64,000 nucleotides of DNA from positions 72,854-136,853 of IMG/VR virus record IMGVR_UViG_3300047095_000811. The stretch is one strand, 5' to 3'. The notes under the pieces were generated by a model, which saw only the letters and a list, made by a program, of their open reading frames with translations, searched no databases and was not told the DNA's origin. The stretch's first letter is position 1. The number at the start of each line of letters is the position of its first letter. The stretch is from a virus. This document shows positions 48,401-55,822 of this stretch, piece after piece. Made by a program: the position numbers and the translations under genes.

Positions 48401-50823
48401 AGGACACCTTCAAAGACGAGATCCAGAATGCGACCGGCTTCTTCCTTGAATTCCCGGAGAAGCTGAGCGGTTGGATCGAGAAGCTGCCGGAGAAGGTTGA
48501 CAAGTTCGCGGAAGAGATTCCCAATAAGATCATGGCGTTCTTCTCGACTCCGACGACCTCGGAGCTCGACCCGACGACTGGCCTACCGAAGGAAGAGAAA
48601 CCCTCTATCCTCTGGAAGATGGTCAAGGCGCTCGGGAACGCTGGCATGAGTCTCGTTGCTCAGGCACCTAAGCTGGCGATCACCCTCGGGGAGTCTCTGA
48701 CTAAGGTTCTGGTGGCGGGCATCATCACTGCCGGTGGGTTCATGTTGAAGGGCTTCGCTCGTTTCGGCAACATGATCCAGAACGCTTTCGAAGATAACGT
48801 CTACTTGCCGCTCAAGGGCAGCGTCCAGAAGCAGCTCATCAAGTTGGGCGACTTCGTCAGCGGCGTGTTCGAGGACGGCTTCGGCGGTTCCATCAACCGC
48901 GTCAGACAGTCTCTCGCCGACATGAAGATCAGCATCTTCGGCAAGGAATTCGCACCGTTCAGCTTCCTCGCGGTCTCCGACCAAGAGAAGGCAGACATGG
49001 CGGCGAAGGCCAAGGCGAGAGAAGAATCGACTAACCAGAAGCTCAAGGCCGTCGACACCGAGCAAGACCAGTACAAGCTCGCTAGAGACAAGCGCCAGCA
49101 GGCCAGCCTGCAGGCCATCGACGACGGTACGAAGGGCGCGATTGCCACAAGCAACAAGCTCGTCGGAGGTCTCGGTGATGCCCTCCGCTCCGCCACAGGG
49201 GCTAACGCCGCTGCCGAGTGGGGTAAGGGTCTGGGCAAGGGAGACCGAAACCAGAACCGCTACGCTCAGGCGATGGAAGCCGCGAAGGGCGACGAGAAGA
49301 AGGCCAAGGAAGAGTACGCCAAGAAGTTCCTGATCTCCGAAGAGGAGGCGGCTACAGCCAAGGCGAAGAACGACGGCAGCTACGAAAGATTGGTTGCCGA
49401 ACGCACCGCAAGTGTGGACAAGGACGCGAACTGGAGTCAGGGCAAGACCTCGTACGGAGCAGCGAAATCTGCTGCAAACGAGGAACGCTACAAGACTTGG
49501 CTGCAGTCTCAGGGTCTCAAGGACAACGAGCAGTCGCGTAACAAGTTCGATCTACTCGTCCAGTCGGAGCAATCCGGCAGAGTGATCATGGCCAGCGGCA
49601 AGGCTTTCGGTAAGCCAGAAGTGGAAGACGCCATCACGAAGGCGGCTAACGCGTACGGCATCCCGAGAGACCTGATGGTCAAGATGGCGCTGATCGAGTC
49701 GAACATGAATCCTTCGGCAAGCCGTGGCCCGAACGGCGCGAAGGGTCTGTACCAGTTCGTGCCCGACACCGCAGCTGCCTACGGGATCAAGGGTCGCGAG
49801 TTGGATCCGTATGCCAATGCTGAAGCGGCAGCTCGTCTGTTCCGCGACAACATGAAGCAGATGACCAACAAGGGCATCCCCATCACCCCGACCACCATGT
49901 ACCTTGCTCACCAGCAGGGTGCGGGCGGTCTCGGCGCTATCTGGTACTCGGCCAAGTCTGGCATGGGCATTAGCAGCAAAGAGATCGCGGGGAACATGGC
50001 GAACAACGACCCGCTCGGCGAGAGCAAGTACAGGGATCCGAAATTGTTCCTCGCTGCTTGGGAGAAGAAGCTTGGAGAAGGCAACCAGCTGGCGAGCATG
50101 TTCGGGGTCTCCCCGGATGTCGTCGCTGGCGTCAAGCTGAACTCCAACATTGCGGCAATGAGCGGAGGCAGTCCTGCTTCCACCGCTATGGCTGCAGTGG
50201 CTTCGGCTCCTGCGCCGAAGGTCGCTCCTGCGGCTACCGCCATGACTGCTCTGGCTGCGGCTCCGTCCGTTGCGCCTCAGACTAAGGCGTCTCCTGCTGC
50301 TACCGCTAACACGGTTTCCGACAAGGTGATGACTGCAGCTACGACCCCAACGGTCTCCGCTGCGCCATCCACTGCGAAGGGCAACGTCATGGGCGGTATT
50401 GCGGTGGCGACGGCTGCAGGTCTGGCCGGAACTGCGGCGAGAGAGTCTGTCCAAGACCGTCAGCTCAACACGAGCTCGATTCAGGCTGCTATGGCTCCGA
50501 CTGGCGGCGTGGATCCGGCTCTGGCGGAACTGCGTCAGCAGACTACTCTCCTTGCCGCGATTGCGGGCAACACCAAGGAACTCGGTGGGATGTCGAACAG
50601 CATCGTGTCTGCGGTGAACAATGTGACGAACAACAATGGCGCGGCCACGAAGGTGGCCGAGAACGTCGAGAGATCTAACACGTTCGTCAATAATGCTAGG
50701 AAGACGGACATCTTCGGAAATCTGACCAACAGAGGTGACGCTGGAGTGCTGAGGCCCTCGGTCGATGCTCTTCGCATTGCCTCTGGTGGGAATATCCCGA
50801 ACATGAGCCCGATCACTGTCTGA
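42466..50823 (+). CDS. tape measure protein with lytic transglycosylase (SLT) domain
   Basis: 2785 aa, helical repeats, FDIHSPSRKM TMP motif, Gly-rich hydrophobic segment, SLT motifs IESNMNP, GAKGLYQF, DPYAN at about 49620-50070. Confidence 0.88.
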   Translation: MAVFLKNVAKSLLTNTLPEGTTRLFPGTAEVMSRFKQDVDKSEGIVDELREKASKFSQAANFAGFKRIHKTAFKQLSTGKFGISKEEADSDMMKSMGFDMEGMDLSGDFDFDAANGAGGDSSSSAESSTSPDGSVTEITNKNYYTNINKGSSDNGEVVSAIASGAITGLGGLAAIGGILSEINKNIGLLDAFQKEKTSMYYDLSLEASKALVAAQEKQSADSAKMYQYFADLQDQKTLKAAQEQTGIDMGSMLDPSRLLGKINDSFFTSDMVLGGLGNEIGKIAKDPIGFLASAALFGSAFGGGRGLVGEMFGSQIDKVERMAKNLPYLAQNKLESWSAGRDYGKSGFSIENILASIGDNLKLDIANPKLKLNQDADGATSFDTVTRRSIITEIPGYLSKILMTLQQLTDITSRAHNLQPDSKIGHTVYDRETGKFEGEHKYKSAIASRFRKINRGETSEGFGTNLKQAMTASGVKGHDARRLQASLLGLANSNFAGMTDLKDSKSVKEMLGRMWDQEIKKRKGQTNEEYEDFKKRTIAKRISKISPHLDSVIGTMNASGKSDDILAADLATRKAALDKIRVEKGEAQYKAEHAKFLEYKKRVEKLKASGDLGTHYSNNLEDSFIRHGADTYQAVVDEGKRMSGKTSGMVAALNGDITEVKGKKDYTVKNKDADKLRKMAEQFRDRAKASRAASGSDSGFFDSIVDKIGGVGTKVYEKIGKAGDSIAKSVKSGITSVFGLDKKETKGKSLLETMSFAFDQKALLPFKRMLIGKSEGDATKMSFLDTVKLRWDTSILTPMKKAMLGEGATAEEAQKTSFFESLNKGMNRTVLMPLKTWLIGDEKAAKRVGFFKAIEISWNKNVMLPVKTWMMGGDKKSARKMTFLQVVGDKLEKSVFLPLRTSLLGGNEKKAKNLSMWGAISHSFDRNITHPLKKLMLPDADVRTLRKTSFLTAMRTSFDQKVLQPIKGWLFGEEGKKKSFFKNFSEWMGPRINKILFGDKAKDNTLWGNIKNTLKGVGTFISDKVFKPLKGWFLDELMPSMKDMFKEVGAEVKRFFGKAKDFFTKDLVKGAKGIMKEILGDDMIKTIREKVVDPFKNAIAKLGETLGGFFKFFLRLPVNLFKGIADSIKLNRMKRGEGNFSDDERNRLEALDKKGSTFDFMAGVRKKAEDTKKAVDDALTPPADVGQRFKKAGEQVSEGFEEGIVDGTKTIWEKVKDMGTGVLDKVKAVFDIHSPSRKMRELGEHVVEGFIEGLKRKEQEALAIIDRLSNSLQNRKLELSGEITAKVDEGAEKGGRFGEIIKQLHANVTETKKTTSILDKIHDFMKGNLSEVDKTTKKILYAMKNGGKGAGEIDLYSSPLSWMGNKLDSLLSTGLKTIKGFVDGAANVLKSFSDLPKKVLGMFGDLAKSAMSVVTNLLPNIGDLAASAMKTLSNLAKNAGDTFVNMTDKVLQAGLKLAGQIGNAIKPLTDAFVDVTSTLISGLKPAVTSLTTALTSAVQGLATFAGKLLDFAGQLGNKVLDFSAKHLGISIGKGRTGGGLMDPNAIVKVSLVNSFVGGSAANPMYVHVVDGKVQVYRKEKPSVKMTDNIEDVTAAADKLKGKKDAEKKEDKKDDTLDKLKDVAGTVAGAAAPGLIGKAATTVGAKVAAAKAGASSILGKIVDRGDYTKAKAIDKFRTADKINVRSDEWKNLSKADRSKILSERKAAAKAGETLKSSRTVRINEGLKKAGGKVTGAIDKVGKGASWIGDKISGAGKAVTKATTGKFGTGGAGNLISKATSGAVDKIGGLAKTSIEKVGSSRIGQAVGGALEKVPGGAIAKTVGGAAGKLGGAAASMTGKAFGGVVGTGVKAIGSTVANVGVRMPTAIAGGAMNMAGKAVSGVAGMAGKMAGSVMKIGAKGLTIGGVVGGLGEVISDTIFEKGGHAHKIFTNSFKTLGGASTGAMIGSMILPGVGTLIGGVIGAAASGLTDALAGVKDWLEDTFKDEIQNATGFFLEFPEKLSGWIEKLPEKVDKFAEEIPNKIMAFFSTPTTSELDPTTGLPKEEKPSILWKMVKALGNAGMSLVAQAPKLAITLGESLTKVLVAGIITAGGFMLKGFARFGNMIQNAFEDNVYLPLKGSVQKQLIKLGDFVSGVFEDGFGGSINRVRQSLADMKISIFGKEFAPFSFLAVSDQEKADMAAKAKAREESTNQKLKAVDTEQDQYKLARDKRQQASLQAIDDGTKGAIATSNKLVGGLGDALRSATGANAAAEWGKGLGKGDRNQNRYAQAMEAAKGDEKKAKEEYAKKFLISEEEAATAKAKNDGSYERLVAERTASVDKDANWSQGKTSYGAAKSAANEERYKTWLQSQGLKDNEQSRNKFDLLVQSEQSGRVIMASGKAFGKPEVEDAITKAANAYGIPRDLMVKMALIESNMNPSASRGPNGAKGLYQFVPDTAAAYGIKGRELDPYANAEAAARLFRDNMKQMTNKGIPITPTTMYLAHQQGAGGLGAIWYSAKSGMGISSKEIAGNMANNDPLGESKYRDPKLFLAAWEKKLGEGNQLASMFGVSPDVVAGVKLNSNIAAMSGGSPASTAMAAVASAPAPKVAPAATAMTALAAAPSVAPQTKASPAATANTVSDKVMTAATTPTVSAAPSTAKGNVMGGIAVATAAGLAGTAARESVQDRQLNTSSIQAAMAPTGGVDPALAELRQQTTLLAAIAGNTKELGGMSNSIVSAVNNVTNNNGAATKVAENVERSNTFVNNARKTDIFGNLTNRGDAGVLRPSVDALRIASGGNIPNMSPITV

Positions 50824-50917
50824 TGAAGTCGGTAACGATTAATTAGACAGGTATTCACGGATGGCCCTACAGGTGAAAAGCCTGTAGGGCCTCCTCATTT
50901 CTTCGCATGGTGACCAA

Positions 50918-52327
50918 ATGGCCGACGAAAACAATCCGTATTCTCAATTCTACCAGCCGGGGTTCGGTACCATCATCGGTCGGCCCCTTGCTTTCAATCC
51001 TCGGTGCGATCCTCACCAGAGGATCTTCCAAGAGACGCTGCTGCAGAACAACACAATCATCCGCGTCACCCCCGGAGTCTATCACTTCGAGAAGGACAAG
51101 CTGGAGGCGGCTGATCTGATCCTCAAGGATCATTCCAAGCAGGTCGACGAGATCAAGAAGTCCAGAAGAACCACTGCGGCAGAAGAGCTCGACCAGCTCA
51201 ACGCCCAGACCCAGCAGATTCTCATCAAGGAAGGTATCGACATGCGATACCTGACCTTCAAGCCAGCGTTCGCCGAGTTCTTGACCGCCTACCAGCTTCT
51301 GGTGAACCGGGCAGGCACCTCTCTGACCGGGCGGTCCAATGCCAGCACGATGACGAAGTTCACGACTAACATCATGGACTTCATGCTGCACAACGACGCC
51401 AAGCAAAGCTCCAAGTACCGTGGGTTCAACCTGTGGGTGGAGAAGTCTACGTCTATCTCCGAGACGGTGTCTAACTCCTTCTCGGACTCCGTCTTCCAGG
51501 GTCTGACCGACAAGATCGGCAACGCCGCGAGAGAGTTCCAGGTTCTGACGGGGATGAACTTCGGCACCTTCAACGAGTCGAACAACGTCGAGGTGACGAC
51601 TCAGAACAACATCGGGTCCAACGAGGCTTCCACGGTTGGCCGTCTGGTCCAGACTGCCGCGACGACTGCCTCCGGCGCGAAGGTCGTCCTTCCGCAGATC
51701 TGGAATGACAGCAAGTTCGACCGCAGCTACAACGTGTCGTTCCGTTTCATGTCCCCGTACGGCGACGACCGATCCGTCTTTGTGAACGTCATCCTGCCGT
51801 TCCTCTTCATCTTGGCCTGCGCACTTCCGACTCAGGACGGTCCTTCCGGCATGAAGTTCCCTTTCCTGCTACAGATGGACTGCCCCGGCTACTTCAGCTG
51901 CCCTATGGGCGTGATCAGCAACCTGAGCTTCACCAAGGGCGGCTCCGATGCGCTCTTCAATCGCTCCGGACTCCCTCTGATCATCGAGGGTACCTTCAGC
52001 GTGATGGATCTGTACAGCTCTCTGTCTCTGCCCATCAACGATTCTCAGTTTGTGACTAACCTCGGAACTGCTGCGTTCATCAACAACTTGGTTGGTGCGT
52101 CGCTGTATCAGGCGATCGACACCGGCATCAAGGACAACCTGCAGAACTATGTCAAGGGCGGTCTCTTGAAAATGGTCAGTCCGTTCAATTCTCTAGACGC
52201 CAAACAGCTAGACCTGATGCGTTACGCTGGCATTGCCACCGACCAGACGACTCCGCTAGGATCTACCGTCGCCAACAAGATCGGTCAGGCCGTGAACAAC
52301 GTGATGGGAATGCTATCGAAGTACTGA
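50918..52327 (+). CDS. putative baseplate hub / tail-tube initiator-type protein
   Basis: 469 aa immediately after the TMP, beta-rich tube-like C-terminal half; role inferred from synteny. Confidence 0.55.
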   Translation: MADENNPYSQFYQPGFGTIIGRPLAFNPRCDPHQRIFQETLLQNNTIIRVTPGVYHFEKDKLEAADLILKDHSKQVDEIKKSRRTTAAEELDQLNAQTQQILIKEGIDMRYLTFKPAFAEFLTAYQLLVNRAGTSLTGRSNASTMTKFTTNIMDFMLHNDAKQSSKYRGFNLWVEKSTSISETVSNSFSDSVFQGLTDKIGNAAREFQVLTGMNFGTFNESNNVEVTTQNNIGSNEASTVGRLVQTAATTASGAKVVLPQIWNDSKFDRSYNVSFRFMSPYGDDRSVFVNVILPFLFILACALPTQDGPSGMKFPFLLQMDCPGYFSCPMGVISNLSFTKGGSDALFNRSGLPLIIEGTFSVMDLYSSLSLPINDSQFVTNLGTAAFINNLVGASLYQAIDTGIKDNLQNYVKGGLLKMVSPFNSLDAKQLDLMRYAGIATDQTTPLGSTVANKIGQAVNNVMGMLSKY

Positions 52328-52382
52328 CCGCCACGGAACAGCAGTTTAGTAGAATCGTCATCCTTTCCAGAAGGAATTCAAA

Positions 52383-53177
52383 ATGTCCGAAAAGATCATT
52401 GGCTACGTATTTCACGAAGCCGCAATGAACGAGGGCGAGATCCGTTCCATGCAGCGCCAGCGCAACGGCGTAGTCCGCATGGTGGCCGTCCTCCAAGAAG
52501 CCAACCTGCCCAACCGAAACGGTCGTGTCTACCCGAAGGCTGTCATCGAGAAGGCTCTCCAAGCTCCCTTCGTGAAGGAAAAGCTCGGCACGAACTCTTT
52601 GCTCGGCGAGTCCAACCACCCGGCGAACGCAGACATGCAGCGCCAGATGTCCATCGACCTGAACAACGTGTCCCACGTCATCAAGAAGGTCTGGTGGGAT
52701 CCGCAGGACAGCAACCTGCTGCTCGGCGAGGTGGAGACCGCCTCCACCGAGACCGGCAAGAACTTCGCCGGTCTGATCTCCGAGAACGGCATGCAGGCTT
52801 CCTTCTCCATGCGTGGCCTCGGCGACGTGGTTAAGGCAGGTGGCAAGGTTACTGTCAAGGATCCTCTCCGTATCGTGACCTACGACAGCGTTCATTTCCC
52901 TTCCCACCAGAAGGCGTACATGCGCAACGTGGTGAACGAGTCCGCAGTGCCGGTCGGCATCGACGCACTGGCGAAGTACGCCGCCGAGAACTCCAAGGAC
53001 TTCGCGCAGCTGAACGAGAACGTCCTGTGCATCGCCCAAGACAAGCTCGACTTCAAGCTCGAAGAGGGCGGCAAGCTCGTCATCATCGACCGCGAGATCC
53101 AGCGTCCGGCTGCAGTGGTGCTGATCGAGTCGAAGCTGGAGAAGGAAGTAACTTCCGCTCTCCGTCGTCTGTTCTAA
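52383..53177 (+). CDS. prohead maturation protease (T4 gp21-like)
   Basis: NRNGRVYP, GESNHP, SHVI, FSMRGLG, TYDSVHFPS motifs; late promoter motif at 52337-52348. Confidence 0.9.
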   Translation: MSEKIIGYVFHEAAMNEGEIRSMQRQRNGVVRMVAVLQEANLPNRNGRVYPKAVIEKALQAPFVKEKLGTNSLLGESNHPANADMQRQMSIDLNNVSHVIKKVWWDPQDSNLLLGEVETASTETGKNFAGLISENGMQASFSMRGLGDVVKAGGKVTVKDPLRIVTYDSVHFPSHQKAYMRNVVNESAVPVGIDALAKYAAENSKDFAQLNENVLCIAQDKLDFKLEEGGKLVIIDREIQRPAAVVLIESKLEKEVTSALRRLF

Positions 53178-53221
53178 GAAAAGAAACCCCCTATGGCGTA
53201 ATTGCCATAGGGGTTCTTTTT
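53178..53221. terminator. bidirectional terminator
   Basis: ACCCCTATGGC-gtaatt-GCCATAGGGGT with A- and T-runs. Confidence 0.85.
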
Positions 53222-53594
53222 ACCCTTTGAGGGTCACGCCGAGCTCTTTCGCTCTGGCTCTGATCATGGGGATCACTTCGCCTTCCATCGACTTGTACAA
53301 GTCGATCATGTCGTCGTCACTGTGAGCGAGATTGTGGATCCCGGTCGTGCCGACTCTGGACTTGAAGTCCGCGATGGAGGCTTTGTAGTTGTCTAGGACT
53401 TGCTGGAGATCTTCTTGCTTGTCCATGTGCTGGAGGGCCTTCTTGACGATGGCGATGCCAGCGTCTTTCCCGATCTTGTGGCCGAAACTCCGGAAGAGCG
53501 AGAACGGCCAGAAATCGAGACGGAAAGCCTTGAAGGCGATGTTGTCTTCCGAGAGGAAGAAGTTCTTGTAATCGTGGACGGACGTTGCCATCAT
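53220..53594 (-). CDS. hypothetical late protein
   Basis: 124 aa, coupled to the upstream gene. Confidence 0.7.
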   Translation of the reverse strand: MMATSVHDYKNFFLSEDNIAFKAFRLDFWPFSLFRSFGHKIGKDAGIAIVKKALQHMDKQEDLQQVLDNYKASIADFKSRVGTTGIHNLAHSDDDMIDLYKSMEGEVIPMIRARAKELGVTLKG

Positions 53595-54061
53595 TTCACC
53601 TTCAGCATCTTGTCCTTCGCTTCCATGCGAAGGTGCTTCAACTTCGTGACGTGGTGGTCAACGATAGACTTCTGGTCGTCCTTGATGAAGTGAGCGGCCA
53701 GCAAGCCAGCGCCCAGCCCAATCAGAGCACCAGTCCCTTCGTGACCGCGATCTGCAGCCAGTGCGCCGACCAGCGCGCCGCCCTGCATGTAAGCTCCGAC
53801 TCGTTCGCCGCTGCGCTTGTTCTCGGTGTACCCGCAGTCTTCCAGAGCGTCCTCGATATCCTGGGTGAGGATTTCAATTTCGGTACGGTTCTTTGCGGTT
53901 CCAAGGCGAAGCTCGAAGCGGCGAGCTAGATCGTCGCCCTGACCGTTCATCACCTTACGGAAGTACGGATTGTCCTGACTATGGGAGTACTCGTTCAGAG
54001 CCTCCGCATCGGTCACTTCTCCGCTGAGGAAGAAGCCGACCAAATCTTGCACTCTTGACAT
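53591..54061 (-). CDS. hypothetical late protein with glycine-zipper segment
   Basis: GGALVGALA...GALIGLGAGLLA; late promoter motif at 54091-54102. Confidence 0.7.
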   Translation of the reverse strand: MSRVQDLVGFFLSGEVTDAEALNEYSHSQDNPYFRKVMNGQGDDLARRFELRLGTAKNRTEIEILTQDIEDALEDCGYTENKRSGERVGAYMQGGALVGALAADRGHEGTGALIGLGAGLLAAHFIKDDQKSIVDHHVTKLKHLRMEAKDKMLKVK

Positions 54062-54477
54062 GATTTACCTTTGGTGGTGGATCTACAGACTAATGCAGTG
54101 TTCTTGTCGCACTTGAACAGTTTGTCGAGAACTTTCACCAAAGTTTCGGGTTTGAACGGCTTGATGATGTAGCCGTTCACCCCGAGTTTCACCATCTCTT
54201 CGATGCGCTTCTTCTCGCACTCGGCGGTCAGCATGACCACAGGAGTCCTTTCCATGCCGGGAGTCTGCCGCACCTTGGCGACTAGGTCTCCCCCTGTCAT
54301 GTTCGGCATGTTCCAGTCGCTGATGACTAGATCGTACTTGCTGAGCTGGAGAGATTCGAACGCTTCCCTCCCGCAGCTAGCCTCGGAGACGGTGCATCCG
54401 TACTCCTTGACGATGGCCGAAACGATGCGCCTCATCGTGGACATGTCGTCCACGACCAATACTCTTTTGCTCTTCAA
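54013..54477 (-). CDS. cheY: CheY-like single-domain response regulator
   Basis: VLVVDD, SDWNMP (phospho-Asp), MLTAE and YIIKPF; TTG start with GAGGT RBS. Confidence 0.88.
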   Translation of the reverse strand: MKSKRVLVVDDMSTMRRIVSAIVKEYGCTVSEASCGREAFESLQLSKYDLVISDWNMPNMTGGDLVAKVRQTPGMERTPVVMLTAECEKKRIEEMVKLGVNGYIIKPFKPETLVKVLDKLFKCDKNTALVCRSTTKGKSCQECKIWSASSSAEK

Positions 54478-54483
54478 GGCATC

Positions 54484-55752
54484 TTACCTCTTTTTCACTT
54501 TTTTCTTGATGGTGAATCCGCTCTTGGGAGAGGGAACCGCCGCTGTGGTTGTCTTCTTCTCTTCGGCGAAATCCATGATCTCCACCTTGGTGCGAAGCGG
54601 CTTGGAGAAATCGACTTTCTCAATCGGAATCTCGTTGTCCGGACCCGGTCTCACCCAGTTCTCGAACTCCTCGTCGGTCATCGGCTTGCTCATCTCCGGA
54701 TCGGAGAAAGACACCATGTCGATGGGAATGTCATTGCAGTGATCGAAATTGCATCCCGGCGGCGGGAGATCCTCGCTGGTTGCCTCTCGGATCTCATGAA
54801 AAGGGAACGCTCCACCACCGGGAACGACCGTCACTTTCTCTTCCAGAGCCCCAGCTTTTTCAGCAGATCCTTGTACATCTTCTTCCTGAACTGCTTCAGC
54901 GTCTTCGGTGTCGCCTTCTTCATTTTCGGTTCTCGCTAGGATTCTGTCGAGCGCGTCTTGGAGTTTCTTCTTGTCCTCATCGGTGGGCTCCGAGTCAGAC
55001 TTCAGGCCGAGCCTCTTCATCTCGCAAGGGCAGTGGGGGTCATTGCCCACTTTTCCGATGCAGGCGCACATGCTGAGCTTACCGGACTCAAGACCGGCGA
55101 TGACTTCCTTCACTTCGGAGTGAGCTGGGTGATCGGGATCGTTCAAGACTTGCTGTACCGGAACGGGCTGGTTGATAGATGGGATCAGTTCGTTCTTGAC
55201 CCATTCCCGACCCTCGTCCATCGCTGCCTTTCCTTCCGGGGTAGATTCGATTTCTGCGATGAACTCCGACAGGGGAGTCCCGGCTGCTTCCTTCTCCTCC
55301 GATCCCCACAGTTCGTTCAGGGGTTCGTAGTACTCCCCGACCAGCATGAGGCTTCCTTTCATGGTAGGGAGCTTGAACGTGCTGAAGTCTTCCGGCACCG
55401 AGCAGGAGAGGGTGATGTGCGGATTGTAGATCGGATAGTCGTAAGTTGCCCCGAGCTCTGCCATCAGGGCAACGTGGCGCTGAATGAGAGAAGGACAACG
55501 GAGTTTCATCACCAAACAACGGCATCCGGGGATGTGACTGTCGAACAAGGCGTATCCGTCGTGGAACGCCATGTGGAACAGGTCCGGGTTGGGCGAGAAC
55601 TGCTCCGAGTGGTCCTTGCGGGAGTACAGGAGGGTGACATGGAATTCCTCTTGGGAGCATGGGATACCATTGTCCTTGAGGAAACGTACCAACCTGTCCG
55701 CGCTAACAGGAGCCAGATTGTAACCGGCGTATGTGCCTTTGGCGTTTTGCAT
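54484..55752 (-). CDS. Acb1-like (T4 gp57B) 2H phosphoesterase fused to a Cys-motif/acidic C-terminal region
   Basis: N-terminal 150 aa: GTYAG, FHVTLLYSR, LGATYDYPIYNPHITLS, EYYEPLNELW, matching the Acb1 pattern with two HxT motifs. Confidence 0.82.
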   Translation of the reverse strand: MQNAKGTYAGYNLAPVSADRLVRFLKDNGIPCSQEEFHVTLLYSRKDHSEQFSPNPDLFHMAFHDGYALFDSHIPGCRCLVMKLRCPSLIQRHVALMAELGATYDYPIYNPHITLSCSVPEDFSTFKLPTMKGSLMLVGEYYEPLNELWGSEEKEAAGTPLSEFIAEIESTPEGKAAMDEGREWVKNELIPSINQPVPVQQVLNDPDHPAHSEVKEVIAGLESGKLSMCACIGKVGNDPHCPCEMKRLGLKSDSEPTDEDKKKLQDALDRILARTENEEGDTEDAEAVQEEDVQGSAEKAGALEEKVTVVPGGGAFPFHEIREATSEDLPPPGCNFDHCNDIPIDMVSFSDPEMSKPMTDEEFENWVRPGPDNEIPIEKVDFSKPLRTKVEIMDFAEEKKTTTAAVPSPKSGFTIKKKVKKR

Positions 55753-55771
55753 TTGCGTAAAACCTCAAATT

Positions 55772-55783
55772 GTGATATATTAT
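55772..55783. promoter_or_regulatory. overlapping divergent early-type promoter motifs
   Basis: ATATATTAT on the plus strand (55775-55783) and variant ATATATCAC on the minus strand (55772-55780). Confidence 0.55.
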
Positions 55784-55822
55784 TAGAGAGTTCCGACATC
55801 AGAAACTCTTACAGGAGATGGT

